The position numbers and the translations under genes were made by a program. Positions 36,326-46,942 of a stretch of DNA of 64,000 bases are shown here, piece by piece; the stretch's first letter is position 1, and every line of letters starts with the position of its first letter. A model generated the notes under the pieces. The model made no database searches and was not told the DNA's origin. It saw only the letters and a program-made list of their open reading frames with translations. Location: positions 32,001 through 96,000 of the forward strand of contig JBDRNC010000017.1 in the NCBI GenBank assembly GCA_043811535.1, read 5' to 3'. The DNA comes from Elusimicrobiota bacterium. GTDB taxonomy: Bacteria; Elusimicrobiota; Endomicrobiia; Endomicrobiales; JBDRNC01.

Positions 36326-37820
36326 CCGCGGGTCCTTTTTTATGTTTTCTGTAAAGTGTTATTCGCGGATGGTGAAAAGGGGCCAATGGTATCCATTCCC
36401 ATTCCTTTTCAATCGCGAAGTATTTAAGAAGTGAATTTTCCCACTCCGGAGCCGGGCCGTTTGAGAAACGGCTTGTTAGTACGTATTCGAATTCGCTTGA
36501 AATCTTTTCCGCCGGAGCGCCGGCCAGTTTACCCTCCCAGTCGACCATGACTATATAGGGGTCAGTGACGGTGAATTCCGGGGTATTAGGCATCCTTAGT
36601 ATATTTGAGCCGGGTTCAATGTTTGTTCTCATCCACTTAAGAGCGGTCAGCCTTGTGTCTTCTTTTGAAAGAAGTATGTCCGTCTTTACGCTTTGATAGG
36701 CCGGAAAAAGGCACGCGATGATGATAGCGGTCCTTATTATACGTCCGTATTTATCCGAATCTAAACCCGATATTCCCGCGAGCAGTAAAAAAGGTATCAC
36801 GGGCAGGAAATAATGCGGAGAGACAATTTTCCATGTAAGTAAAAAAGCGATGTAAAGCGCCGGGCATATGATCCAAAGCAGCAATTTGCCTGTGTTGCGG
36901 TTTTTCAAAATATAGAAAACAATACCCGCAATCAGCAGCAAAAGCAGCGCCGGTTTGAAGACGTCAGCGAATGTTTTTACGAATATGATAAGGTTCGCTG
37001 ACGGGACGCTGCCGCCGCCTGCCGGACCCCATACGATATAGTTGAACCTGTCGGCGAACCTTGAATAAAACGCCTGAAAGTCAATAAGCGCGAACGGACA
37101 ACCCGCGATAAAACCCGCTAACACCAGTCCCGCGGACGCAAGCGCCCTGTGGTATTTTTTTACGGCCAGCAGATAAACCAGCACCGGTATAAAAAACACC
37201 GCCGGATAGTATTTCGCGGCGATGCCGAGCCCCATAAGGAAAGAGCCTTTGTAAAGATCCGGTGTTTTACCGTCCTTAAAGTGCCTGCTGAAAAACAGGA
37301 ATGACGCGAGCAGGAAGAAAACACACGTCGTATCCACCATCGCGTAATGGCCGTAAAGGACACTGATAGGTATAAGCGCCATCGCCAGCGCGGGCAGCAG
37401 GCCTCCTCCGGCGAAATTTTCCTTCCCGAGCCTGTACACGAGATAAACGCTGCCGGTGCCGAAGGCGGCGCTTAGGAGCCTGCCGATAATATAAAAAGCG
37501 GACGCGTTGCCGCTAAGGTATATCCCGATGAAAGAGTCCATGTTCTGGAATATACCGAAGAGTTTTCCGATCAAAAAATACGCGAAATAGAGCGTGCCGA
37601 GCATGTACGGGTAAAGTGTCGGGTAGTCAAAAAAGACATGCGGGTTGAGATCGCCGGTAAGAAAACGCAGCGAATAAAACACGACAACAGCCTCGTCGAT
37701 GTGGGCCTTTTTTAAAGGCAGTCCCCATAAGAGTCCCCATAGCGTAAGGAGAGACGAGACGGCAAGAATAAGGAACAGCGGCAGTTTTTCCGGAAATATA
37801 TTTTTGGGGGCCATTGCCAT
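36315..37820 (-). CDS. GT-C (ArnT/PMT-like) glycosyltransferase
   Basis: WGLP...HIDE, LNPHVFFDYP, GRLLSA, AAKY; start reassigned to 37820 or 37814. Confidence 0.8.
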   Translation of the reverse strand: MAMAPKNIFPEKLPLFLILAVSSLLTLWGLLWGLPLKKAHIDEAVVVFYSLRFLTGDLNPHVFFDYPTLYPYMLGTLYFAYFLIGKLFGIFQNMDSFIGIYLSGNASAFYIIGRLLSAAFGTGSVYLVYRLGKENFAGGGLLPALAMALIPISVLYGHYAMVDTTCVFFLLASFLFFSRHFKDGKTPDLYKGSFLMGLGIAAKYYPAVFFIPVLVYLLAVKKYHRALASAGLVLAGFIAGCPFALIDFQAFYSRFADRFNYIVWGPAGGGSVPSANLIIFVKTFADVFKPALLLLLIAGIVFYILKNRNTGKLLLWIICPALYIAFLLTWKIVSPHYFLPVIPFLLLAGISGLDSDKYGRIIRTAIIIACLFPAYQSVKTDILLSKEDTRLTALKWMRTNIEPGSNILRMPNTPEFTVTDPYIVMVDWEGKLAGAPAEKISSEFEYVLTSRFSNGPAPEWENSLLKYFAIEKEWEWIPLAPFHHPRITLYRKHKKGPADER

Positions 37821-37824
37821 TGGT

Positions 37825-39126
37825 TTATAGTTTGACAATCTTGGGATTTCTGATGTTCTTGGTGGCGTTCCTGCAGTCGACCACGAGCCTGGCCGTTGAA
37901 ACCAGCTGCGCGTAGTTAATATTTGTGTGATTAGTTGTGATAGCGACCGCGTCGAATTTTCCGGTCGCACCAAGGTTTTTCGCCGACTTGTAAATTTTTC
38001 CCCCGAATTTCAGCTCAGGGATATACGGGTCGTAATAGCTGACGCGGGAGCCGCTGTCCAAAAGAAGTTTCATCACATCAAGCGCCGGCGATTCCCTCAT
38101 GTCATTGACGTCTTTCTTGTACGCCAACCCGACCAGCAGGATTTTCGCGTTTTTCATTGAAATACCTTTCGCATTCAGCGAGTCGCTGATCTTGCGCACG
38201 ACGTATTCCGGCATTTTAGAGTTTATTTCGCCGGCAAGTTCGATGAACCTCGAATAGAAGTTCAGCGTTTTTAGTTTCCATGAAAGGTACTGCGGATCCA
38301 GGGGTATGCAGTGTCCGCCGATGCCAGGCCCCGGGTAGAACGGCATGAAACCGAAGGGTTTTGTTGCCGCGGCGTCTATGATCTCCCACACGTCAAGTTT
38401 CAGCTTGTCACACATCAGGGCCACTTCGTTCACGAGGGCAATATTGACGGCACGGAACGTGTTTTCCAGGAGTTTGACCATTTCGGCCGCTTCAGGAGAC
38501 GAAACTGTCACTGCATTATCCGTAACGTTGGAATATAAAAGCCGCGCGAGCTCGGTGCATTGGGGCGTGATGCCTCCTACTATCTTGGGAGTGTTCCTGA
38601 TGCCGAAGGTTTTATTAGACGGGTCCACGCGTTCCGGGCTGAACGCAAGAAAAAAATCGCCGCCGCATTTGTGCCCCGACTTTTCGAGCATAGGAAGCAC
38701 AAGGTCGCGAGTGGTCCCGGGATACGTGGTGGATTCAAGAATCAGCAGATGGCCTTTCTGAAGGTGTTTTTTTACATGTTCCGCGGCCGAAACGATATAC
38801 GACACATCAGGATCTTTTGATTTTCTTAAAGGGGTTGGGACGCAGATTATTATTACCTGAACGTCCCTGAGCATCCCGAAATCCGACGTGGCTTTCAGTC
38901 TTTTATCGCGGACATGTTTCTTCAGCGCGGCCGATCTGACATCGGCTATGTAAGATGTTCCCTTCGATATTTTTTTTACTTTTTTAGCGTCTACTTCAAA
39001 ACCTATTGTAGTAAAACCGGCTTCTGCGAATTCAATCGCGAGCGGAAGCCCGACATAGCCGAGCCCTATGACGCCGATTTTGGCCTTTCTTGACCTTAGT
39101 TTTTCTTTAAGCGTTTTAAAGTACAT
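37825..39126 (-). CDS. UDP-N-acetylhexosamine 6-dehydrogenase (WbpA/WecC-like)
   Basis: GLGYVGLP, ESTTYPG, SPERVDP, KLLENTFR, GGHCIP, DMRESP. Confidence 0.93.
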   Translation of the reverse strand: MYFKTLKEKLRSRKAKIGVIGLGYVGLPLAIEFAEAGFTTIGFEVDAKKVKKISKGTSYIADVRSAALKKHVRDKRLKATSDFGMLRDVQVIIICVPTPLRKSKDPDVSYIVSAAEHVKKHLQKGHLLILESTTYPGTTRDLVLPMLEKSGHKCGGDFFLAFSPERVDPSNKTFGIRNTPKIVGGITPQCTELARLLYSNVTDNAVTVSSPEAAEMVKLLENTFRAVNIALVNEVALMCDKLKLDVWEIIDAAATKPFGFMPFYPGPGIGGHCIPLDPQYLSWKLKTLNFYSRFIELAGEINSKMPEYVVRKISDSLNAKGISMKNAKILLVGLAYKKDVNDMRESPALDVMKLLLDSGSRVSYYDPYIPELKFGGKIYKSAKNLGATGKFDAVAITTNHTNINYAQLVSTARLVVDCRNATKNIRNPKIVKL

Positions 39127-40201
39127 TCTTCCTCCCGAGCAGAGCGGAATATATATCGTCGACGGAACGTATCATCTTTTCTTCGGTGAACAGCAGGGAT
39201 TTTTCGCGTCCCCGCCTGCCCATGTCGCCGGCTTTTCCTGGATTTTCAATTAAATAATCCAAAGCTTTTGAAAAACTAAGAGTATCGCAGGATTTTTTCA
39301 GTGTTCCCGTGACACCTTCATCTACGAGTTCTTTCACGCCGCCGACGTCTGAAGCGACTACGGGAAGCGACATGGCCATTGCTTCGAGGATGGATTGCGG
39401 GAAGCTTTCCTCCCTTGACGGCATCAGGAAGATATCCGAAACGGATAAAAGCTCGTTTATGTCGCCGCGCCAGCCGAGAAGCAGTAACCTTTTTCCGAGT
39501 CCCGCTCTTGAGACTGCGACTTCTATATTTTTCCTTTCAGGGCCGTCGCCGGCAAGCAGGAATATGCCTTTTTTTGTGTTCCGCGCGATCTCGGGAAGCA
39601 GGTCGGCCCCTTTTTCCCTGTGAAGCCGTATGGTGCTGATTATAACGGGCCCCTGTCCGCTTATACCCAATTCTTTTAAGATCTCTTCTTTAGGCCGCCA
39701 GGTTTTGAATTTCTCAAAATTAAGACCGTTGTAAACAACGGATATTTTGTCCGCCCGGACCCCGTCCCTGGAAATAAGGATTGATCTGGCGGAATCCGAA
39801 TTCGCTATCACGCAGTCACACCATCTGGAAGTAAAACCGTCAATCCACGCGTGATAGGGTTTCTTCCATGCGTCGACAGCCTGCTGCGTGGAAACGACCA
39901 CCGGTGTTTTGGCCAGCATCCCGGCGAATCTGCCGAGGATGTTTGCGCGGTAGAGGAACGTGTGCAGGAGGCTGACACCGTTGTTTTGAAGAAAATCCCT
40001 GATCTTCCACGGGGAGCTGAATTTGACCACCGGAATACCCCGGTCTTCTTCAAGATATTTCCCGACAGCCCCTTTTTCCTTAAGATACCCGACCGTAAAA
40101 TCGTATTTGTGCCCGAGGTTTTCGATAAGAACGGCGAGAAATCTTTCCGTCCCCCCCGTGTTTAGGCTCGTGGAAAGGTAAAGCGCTTTTATCTTAGGCA
40201 T
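39116..40201 (-). CDS. GT4 glycosyltransferase
   Basis: GGTE, EKG, ESFPQSILEAM. Confidence 0.92.
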   Translation of the reverse strand: MPKIKALYLSTSLNTGGTERFLAVLIENLGHKYDFTVGYLKEKGAVGKYLEEDRGIPVVKFSSPWKIRDFLQNNGVSLLHTFLYRANILGRFAGMLAKTPVVVSTQQAVDAWKKPYHAWIDGFTSRWCDCVIANSDSARSILISRDGVRADKISVVYNGLNFEKFKTWRPKEEILKELGISGQGPVIISTIRLHREKGADLLPEIARNTKKGIFLLAGDGPERKNIEVAVSRAGLGKRLLLLGWRGDINELLSVSDIFLMPSREESFPQSILEAMAMSLPVVASDVGGVKELVDEGVTGTLKKSCDTLSFSKALDYLIENPGKAGDMGRRGREKSLLFTEEKMIRSVDDIYSALLGRKNVL

Positions 40202-41108
40202 CGGTTTGCCCGTCTTTTCTGTTTGAAGGAAGTTTCAGTTTAGAGAGATTCCACCCGGATTGCCACAATTCGATGAATCCGCCCAGTAACCCGTAGAAAT
40301 AATTTATAAAAACCATGAAACTCGTTATCATGACCGCTTGCGTGGCGGACACAGCATACAACGGCAGCAATGCTATTAGCGACCCTTCTTTGGCGCCGAT
40401 TCCGAGCATCGATATGGGTATCATGGCTGCCATCGCGGTCGTGGCCGTAAGTCCGATGGCTTCGATTACGGGGATATGGGCTCCTAGGCACCTGATCACT
40501 GAATATGTCATGAAACAACTCGCGAGCTGTCCGATGAATGAAAACAGCACCGCCTTGAAGATATCGGCCGGGTGGTGTTTGGAAAAATCCAGAACCGCGT
40601 GGCCCCAGAAAACGAATCTTTTTCTCAGGAAATAAGCCGCGACCAGGGCGGCGGCGAAAGCCAGCCAGAGCAGGTTGTTATGGAAAGGAGAAGGGAACGT
40701 CATGAATAACAGGAACCATGTGGCCACGCCCAGTATCCTGTCCAGCGCCGTGATAAGCGTTGCGGTTTTGTAGTTGTTGCCGATATGCGCCTTTAGTTTA
40801 AATATCCTGACGACTTCGGCGGCCAATGTCGTCGGTATGAATAAAACATAGAACAACGACAAAAGGTTAGCGTTAAAAAGGTCCTTCAGCCTTGCGCTGG
40901 AATCCGGGCAGAATCCCTTGATGATTATCTTCCATCTCAGGGTCACGAAAAAGAGGACCCCGAGATTGCATAACAGAGCGGCAATACCCCACCTGATATC
41001 GGCTGTTCGAAGGACGTTCTGAGCCGTCGCGAGATCAAACTTGTACACCGACCACGCGATCAGGGCTATGACAAAAAGAATTTTAACGATAAAAAGTAAG
41101 GTTTTCAT
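40194..41108 (-). CDS. Lysylphosphatidylglycerol-synthase-TM family membrane protein (putative flippase)
   Basis: LRWK, FIPT, DRILG, PISMLGIGAKE. Confidence 0.8.
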   Translation of the reverse strand: MKTLLFIVKILFVIALIAWSVYKFDLATAQNVLRTADIRWGIAALLCNLGVLFFVTLRWKIIIKGFCPDSSARLKDLFNANLLSLFYVLFIPTTLAAEVVRIFKLKAHIGNNYKTATLITALDRILGVATWFLLFMTFPSPFHNNLLWLAFAAALVAAYFLRKRFVFWGHAVLDFSKHHPADIFKAVLFSFIGQLASCFMTYSVIRCLGAHIPVIEAIGLTATTAMAAMIPISMLGIGAKEGSLIALLPLYAVSATQAVMITSFMVFINYFYGLLGGFIELWQSGWNLSKLKLPSNRKDGQTDA

Positions 41109-42313
41109 TGCCGTTTTGTTGCGTATGATTTGAGCGACCGGTAACCGTAGTAGAGGGTGTATGATGCGAAGATGATTATATACGGGTCAATCGGGACGCG
41201 GTACCGTAATACGACGACAAAGGGTAAATGAGCGGCCGTGAATATGACAAAAAGCAGCGCCAACAGAGACGTCTTCCTGAAATCCCTGTATGAGAGGAAA
41301 ATCCCGAGGATTCCGAGCGGGATATAAACGCCCGATGTGAGTTTGGCGGCAAGTTTTTGCCATTTATACGCCATCATCGGATAGAGCCTCCAGAAATGCA
41401 GGAATCTGGCCTTTAGAAGGAAAAGGAATTTATCGGGATTTTGTTTCAGCCATTCGTTTGCTTTCCGGGTGAAGATTTCCTCCTGTTCCATTCTGGGCAG
41501 TTTCAGGATTTCTTCGTGTTCCGCCGGGATTCCGGGCATTGACATCTCGGCCGACTGCGGGGTGTCAAACTCCCCGGCGGTTTCAAAATGCAGGACGTTA
41601 TCGTTGCATGCCAGATAAAATGACCTTCCCGCCGTTGAAACCGGGATGAATTTGCCGTAATAAAAATAATTCCTTACGGTCCACGGAGCGATGACAACCA
41701 GCGTGAAAATGCCGACGAGGAGGCCCGTCTTGAAACTTTTAGTCCGCCACCAGAGCCAGGCGCACGCGATTCCGTAGAACGGGAGCACGGTGGATTTCGT
41801 AAGCGATGTGATGCCGAGGATCACCCCGGTGGCAAGTATTATCTTAAAATCCGGTTTTTCGCTGCAGATGTAAAGCATAAGTACAGACAACGCTATCATA
41901 AACGTGAGGAAGGTCTCGGAAAGAAGGTCGCCGGTGTAGGCGATCATGTAAGGATAGAAACACATGAGAGCGGAGGCTATCCTCCCTACCTGGTATGAGA
42001 ACACTTTTTTGCCGATGAAGTAAATCAGGACACAGGTAGCGCTTCCCAGAAGGACGTTCAGCAGTCTGAACGCCAGGATGGATTTTCCGAAAACAAGCAT
42101 CGCGGCCGCGAGATATGTGGAATAACCCGGCGGTCTCCATGTTTCCCCGTATCCTTTGCCGGATATGATGTCCGACGCGACGCTGAGCCATTCTCCGCAG
42201 TCGGGAGAGAGCTGATCGTAGCCGAGTCTCAGGACAAAGACAAGCCTTATTATCGCGGCCGCGGCGAAAACGCAGATCAAAAACGTCTTTTCAGATATGT
42301 TGAGTTTTTTCAT
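41105..42313 (-). CDS. GT-C (ArnT/PMT-like) glycosyltransferase
   Basis: WRPPGY, LLSETF, PWTVRNY, RYRVP. Confidence 0.82.
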   Translation of the reverse strand: MKKLNISEKTFLICVFAAAAIIRLVFVLRLGYDQLSPDCGEWLSVASDIISGKGYGETWRPPGYSTYLAAAMLVFGKSILAFRLLNVLLGSATCVLIYFIGKKVFSYQVGRIASALMCFYPYMIAYTGDLLSETFLTFMIALSVLMLYICSEKPDFKIILATGVILGITSLTKSTVLPFYGIACAWLWWRTKSFKTGLLVGIFTLVVIAPWTVRNYFYYGKFIPVSTAGRSFYLACNDNVLHFETAGEFDTPQSAEMSMPGIPAEHEEILKLPRMEQEEIFTRKANEWLKQNPDKFLFLLKARFLHFWRLYPMMAYKWQKLAAKLTSGVYIPLGILGIFLSYRDFRKTSLLALLFVIFTAAHLPFVVVLRYRVPIDPYIIIFASYTLYYGYRSLKSYATKRQ

Positions 42314-42349
42314 TTTATCCTAGGTAATGCGGCAGCAATAATACCGGGA

Positions 42350-44164
42350 TCATTTTCTATATACCAGATAATCTTCAAGTGAAAGGGCGTCAACCGCGCC
42401 CTCAAGAAAGGCCCTGACGGCGTCTTCGGGAGAACAGACTATGGGTTCCTCGTGCATGTTGAAACTGGTGTTCACGAACGACGGGATGCCGGTTATTCTG
42501 TGGAATTCCTTCAGGATATCGTAATAGATACTGTTTTGTTCCGCGCTGACTAGCTGGGGCCTCGCGGTTCCGTCGATATGAACTGCCGCGGAGCATTTAT
42601 CCTGCATGAACTGTGTGCAGTTAAATGTAATCGTCATGAATTTGGCCGGCTCCGCGCAGCCCTCTTTCATCAGGTATGAACCTTTAGATTCCTCGGCGAC
42701 GGTTGAAGGGGCGAACGGCATGAATTCCGTCCTCTTCAGCCTTTTGTTAAGCCAGTCGTTTATCGTGCGGTCGGAAGGATGAACTAAGATGCTCCTGTTC
42801 CCGAGCGCGCGGGGCCCGTATTCCATGCGGCCGGCGTACCTGCCTACGATTTTTTTATCCGCGACGAGGGAAGCTATTTTCTTGGCAGTGTCCGAAAGTT
42901 TTTCCCACCGGAGCTCGTCTTTGTACCTGTTGAGCGTTTCAAGAATTTCGTCTTCGGAATACCTGGGGCCGAGATAAACATTATCAATTGCTTTTACGCT
43001 GTTCTTGAAATCCGTAAGTTTATGATAAGCGTAAAGCGCGGCGCCCGCGGAAGTCCCTCCGTCGCCCATGTGCGGGTAAATGAAAAGGCGGCTTACCAGC
43101 TTGTGTTCGCCTATCCGCTGGTTGACCTTGACGTTCGCGAATGTCCCGCCGGCCGCGGCAACCGAGTTCATTCCGGTCAGGTTCACGGCGTATTCAGCGA
43201 ACTCGGTCATGATCTCTTCAAGGCGGTTCTGGAAAGACCACGCGATATCCTCTCTTGAATAACCGCTCAAAAGCCTTGAGAGTTCCCCGCTGTGCCACGT
43301 ATTCCTCATTTTCTCAAGCTCTTCGTTTATTGTCCGCGGGGTCTCGGAGTTCCTTCCGGATAGAAGGTTCAGCGCGAAAACGCGCAGGTATTTGAAAAGT
43401 TCAAAGATTCCGGCCTGGATGCCGACCGAGCGGAAATATTTGAGCCGGATAGGGAAATCGCATTTTTTTGCGTCGAAGGATATTATTTTTTTTACGTCAT
43501 CGTAACACTTGCCCCTTTTGCCGAACGCGGCAAGCCCGGTAATCTTCCCTTCATGCTGCAGCGGCTTGAATCCGAGCATTGATGTTACGGCGGTGTAGAA
43601 CAGTCCGGGTGAATTCAGGCTGAATACCTTTTTGAGTCTTGTGAGCCGGTTGTTCTTCCCGGCGTAAATGGTGGCGCAAAGGCCGTCTCCGAAACCGTCG
43701 GTTGTCAGGACCGTAGCTTCCGCAAAACCCGAGCCGTAGTAGGCGTCCGCGGCATGAGTGAGGTGGTGATTGACGAAAAAGAAAGGTTTGCGGGAGAGCC
43801 CCATTTCTCTCAGCAGGCGCTTGATCTTGCGCACGTAAAGGAACTTCATCGTGACTTTACCGAGCCGCACGAGCAGCCCTTCGGGAAGCGACATTCTCAT
43901 GAACGATTCAATGATGAATTCTTTCGCGGTGAGGAAGGCGAATGCAACGGGGCGGACGCCGGCAAGCGCGACGGCGTCAATCTCGGAAAGCTTAATACCG
44001 CTTAAAGACTCAAGTTTCTGAAGCGAGACGTCTATGTTCTGGTCCAGTTTTTTTCTTGAGACACGTTCTTCGTTGACGGCGAATATAATCCTGCCGTCCC
44101 GGACTATAGCCACGCCGTTATCATGCACAAAATCGCCTATCCCGAGAACTGTTCTGTATTCCAT
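42350..44164 (-). CDS. NodU/CmcH-family O-carbamoyltransferase
   Basis: HD, NEERVSR, HHLTHA, EGKITGLA, EYGPRALGNRS, PFAP, NTSFNMHEEP. Confidence 0.95.
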   Translation of the reverse strand: MEYRTVLGIGDFVHDNGVAIVRDGRIIFAVNEERVSRKKLDQNIDVSLQKLESLSGIKLSEIDAVALAGVRPVAFAFLTAKEFIIESFMRMSLPEGLLVRLGKVTMKFLYVRKIKRLLREMGLSRKPFFFVNHHLTHAADAYYGSGFAEATVLTTDGFGDGLCATIYAGKNNRLTRLKKVFSLNSPGLFYTAVTSMLGFKPLQHEGKITGLAAFGKRGKCYDDVKKIISFDAKKCDFPIRLKYFRSVGIQAGIFELFKYLRVFALNLLSGRNSETPRTINEELEKMRNTWHSGELSRLLSGYSREDIAWSFQNRLEEIMTEFAEYAVNLTGMNSVAAAGGTFANVKVNQRIGEHKLVSRLFIYPHMGDGGTSAGAALYAYHKLTDFKNSVKAIDNVYLGPRYSEDEILETLNRYKDELRWEKLSDTAKKIASLVADKKIVGRYAGRMEYGPRALGNRSILVHPSDRTINDWLNKRLKRTEFMPFAPSTVAEESKGSYLMKEGCAEPAKFMTITFNCTQFMQDKCSAAVHIDGTARPQLVSAEQNSIYYDILKEFHRITGIPSFVNTSFNMHEEPIVCSPEDAVRAFLEGAVDALSLEDYLVYRK

Positions 44165-44168
44165 TATT

Positions 44169-45110
44169 CTATTTTCCGCTTTCCATCATATCAAAAAGCA
44201 TCCCGAACAGGAACAATTGTCCGCCCGATATTATGAACAGCGCGGATAATATCGCGGTGGCGCCGGTCGGATTAAGCCCTTTCAGCTTGACGGCTATTAT
44301 GAAGAGGCCGACGGAAAGCCCTAAAAGCAGCAGCAGCATTCCCGCGATATACATGAATATGAGAGGGTGAAAATCGCCGAGGATATATCTCCTGTGCAGG
44401 CGGTAGAAGAAGTTCCGAAGAAGCATCGGAGAAACCCTTAGCGCGTATGAAAGGCCTTTAATCTGCGATTGCCTGACACCGGGAAGATAAATTGTTCTTC
44501 TGGGTATATCAAGCACCTTGAACCTGTTAACATTCATGCGTACAAGGAAATCCATGGGATAGCCGTATTTTTTCCAGGCCTTGTCCCAGTCAACCGTATT
44601 AAGGGCTTTTTTGCTGATCGCGGTGAATCCGTCGACAACGTCGAATATCTTATAATAGCCCGAGGCGATCTTGGTAAGCAGGGAGATTATCGTATTGCCA
44701 ACGACCCTGGTTGCGGGCATATCCTTCAGTTTCTGCCCGCCTTCCATGAATCGGTTGCCTTTGGTGTAATCGGCCTTGCGGTCAATAATAGGATCTATCA
44801 AATCCTTCGTCTGGTCAAGAGGCATCTGGTTATCTCCGCCGCAGACAACCACGACGTCAAATTTGTCTTCTCTTGCTTTCTTATAACCGGTGATTATGGC
44901 GGCGCCTGGGCCAAGATTTGTTTCGTGTTTCAGCAGTTTGACGCGTTTGTCAGGATAATTTCCGACAAGTTCCGTTGTCTTATCCGTTGACGCGTCGTCA
45001 ACAACAAAGACCGCGTCTACGAAATCCGGTATCCCTTCAAGCGTAGGGATGATAAGTCTCTCCTCGTTCCTGGCTGGAATCACGAAAGCTATTTTCTTTT
45101 CTCTATACAT
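44169..45110 (-). CDS. GT2 glycosyltransferase (polyprenyl-phosphate type, C-terminal TM helices)
   Basis: [20 protein letters not shown], two C-terminal TM segments. Confidence 0.88.
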   Translation of the reverse strand: MYREKKIAFVIPARNEERLIIPTLEGIPDFVDAVFVVDDASTDKTTELVGNYPDKRVKLLKHETNLGPGAAIITGYKKAREDKFDVVVVCGGDNQMPLDQTKDLIDPIIDRKADYTKGNRFMEGGQKLKDMPATRVVGNTIISLLTKIASGYYKIFDVVDGFTAISKKALNTVDWDKAWKKYGYPMDFLVRMNVNRFKVLDIPRRTIYLPGVRQSQIKGLSYALRVSPMLLRNFFYRLHRRYILGDFHPLIFMYIAGMLLLLLGLSVGLFIIAVKLKGLNPTGATAILSALFIISGGQLFLFGMLFDMMESGK

Positions 45111-45670
45111 TTTTCCCCGGCCTTATCATAGATTTTTTTGCATCCCGGGCATTTCCCGGAGTTTCCGTCGAATTCTATCCTGGCGCCGCATTCGCACATC
45201 CATCCGGCAAGCCTCGCGGGATTTCCCACCATGAGCGAAAACTCCGCTGTGTCCTTCGTGACAACGGCCCCGGCGCCTATGAACGAGTGACTGCCGACAT
45301 TATGGCCGCAGACCACGGTGGCATTGGCTCCTATAGACGCCCCTTTGCCCACTTTCGTACCAAAATAGTCCTTTCTCTCTCTCGGAAAGAGCGACCTGGG
45401 ATTCTTTACGTTTGTGAAGACGCAGGAAGGCCCCAGAAAAGCGCCGTCTTCGACTTCAACGCCCGCGTAGACCGAAACGTTGTTCTGTATCTTAACGTTA
45501 TCTCCTATCCTGACGCCTTTGTCTATGAAGACATTCTGCCCGATGTTGCAGTTCTTTCCAATCACAGCGCCTTCGCAGATATGGCAGAAGTACCATATCT
45601 TCGTTCCCTCTCCTATTTTAGCGCCTTTGTCCACACAGCTTGATTCATGCACGAAATATTTCTTTTTCAT
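45089..45670 (-). CDS. Hexapeptide N-acetyltransferase (WbpD/WlbB-like)
   Basis: [42 protein letters not shown]. Confidence 0.92.
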   Translation of the reverse strand: MKKKYFVHESSCVDKGAKIGEGTKIWYFCHICEGAVIGKNCNIGQNVFIDKGVRIGDNVKIQNNVSVYAGVEVEDGAFLGPSCVFTNVKNPRSLFPRERKDYFGTKVGKGASIGANATVVCGHNVGSHSFIGAGAVVTKDTAEFSLMVGNPARLAGWMCECGARIEFDGNSGKCPGCKKIYDKAGEKCIEKRK

Positions 45671-45684
45671 TGCATTACCTCTCT

Positions 45685-45804
45685 ACTAATTGTTAATTGC
45701 CAATTACTATGACGCAAGCAATTAGTAATTTGCCATTAGCAATTAGTAATTCAAAATTATTTGTCGTTGTATTTACAATTGCCAATTGCTAATAGCTAAT
45801 TGCT
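45685..45804. repeat. Three-arm cluster of 7-bp arrays (middle arm inverted)
   Basis: actaatt gttaatt gccaatt / agcaatt agtaatt tgccatt agcaatt agtaatt / gccaatt gctaata gctaatt. Confidence 0.88.
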
Positions 45805-45808
45805 GTCG

Positions 45809-46807
45809 CTATATATCGATCCATTTCCCCTGTTTTATGGAGTCCTGGACCGCTTCAAGTATCCTTACGGACGGCAGCGACCACACGGCCGATGTCATAG
45901 GTTCTTTTTTGTTCTTTACGCAGTCGACAAAATGCTGCGCCTCTATTTCAAGGGGCTCCTTAAAATCTATTTTCGGGATATGAACGTCGCCGGCCCTGTG
46001 TATCAGCTGGAACTGTCCGAAACTCTGGAAGTCGTCGAATTTGTCTATGCCTTTGTCGTATATGGTGACTTTTCTGTCCGCGGAAACATCGTCGTAAATG
46101 ATCATTTTTTTTGAGCCTATCACGACCATTTCCCTTGTTTTATTGGGATCAAGCCACGAAACGTGTATCTGTGCGGCCGCCCCCGAGTCAAATCTGATGT
46201 TGCCGAACACCACGTCTTCTATTCCTTTCTGAATGAACGAAAACCCGGAACCGTTGACAGACGTGGCCTTGCGGTTAAGCCAGTAAAGGATTATTGAAAC
46301 GTCGTGCGGGGCCAGGTTCCACCACACGTTGATGTCCTTGCGAACTATGCCGAGGTTAAGCCGGCGCGAATAGATGTAATAAATTTCACCGAGTTCCTTT
46401 GAATCAATGAGTTCCTTTACTTTTCTCACCGCGGGATTGTATATGAAAGTGAAGCCGACCATCAGAACAAGGTTCTTCTTCGCGGCCAGTTCCGTAAGCT
46501 CGGCGGCTTCGGCGTAGGTAGTCGTGAACGGTTTTTCGACAAGCACGTTTTTACCGCTTTGAAGGGCTTTCTTGACCAGATCGTAATGAGAGGACGCGGG
46601 GGTCGCGATGACGATGCCTTCAATTGAGCCGTCTTTAAGCAGTTTGTCAAAATCCTGGAAGGCGGTAAGCGACGGGTACGAGGATATTGCCTTTTTCAGC
46701 GTGTCGGGGCTTGAATCGCAGACGGCGCCCAAAGCGCCTATTCTTTGGAAGTTCCTGACGATGTTTTTCCCCCAGTACCCGCACCCGACGATTGCAATAT
46801 TTTTCAT
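45809..46807 (-). CDS. Gfo/Idh/MocA oxidoreductase (possible nucleotide-sugar 3-dehydrogenase)
   Basis: VGCGYWG, IATP, VEKP, NLAPHD, VSWLDP; start reassigned to ATG 46807. Confidence 0.9.
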   Translation of the reverse strand: MKNIAIVGCGYWGKNIVRNFQRIGALGAVCDSSPDTLKKAISSYPSLTAFQDFDKLLKDGSIEGIVIATPASSHYDLVKKALQSGKNVLVEKPFTTTYAEAAELTELAAKKNLVLMVGFTFIYNPAVRKVKELIDSKELGEIYYIYSRRLNLGIVRKDINVWWNLAPHDVSIILYWLNRKATSVNGSGFSFIQKGIEDVVFGNIRFDSGAAAQIHVSWLDPNKTREMVVIGSKKMIIYDDVSADRKVTIYDKGIDKFDDFQSFGQFQLIHRAGDVHIPKIDFKEPLEIEAQHFVDCVKNKKEPMTSAVWSLPSVRILEAVQDSIKQGKWIDI

Positions 46808-46850
46808 TTGCCTAACCTCCATAAATTCCCGGTCATATATTATTCCGCGC

Positions 46851-46942
46851 ACTAACTGCCAATTGCTATAACTTCAGCAATTGGCCATTAGCAATTAGTA
46901 GTAGGTAGTGTACTAATAGCCAATAGCTAATTGCTAATCGCT
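46851..46942. repeat. Three-arm cluster of 7-bp arrays (middle arm inverted)
   Basis: 46876-46900 and 46911-46935 are reverse complements at 21/25. Confidence 0.88.

Noticed and set aside
42350..44164. Carbamoyltransferase complementing the short HypF in trans
   Set aside because: Only a shared fold; its context is glycan biosynthesis
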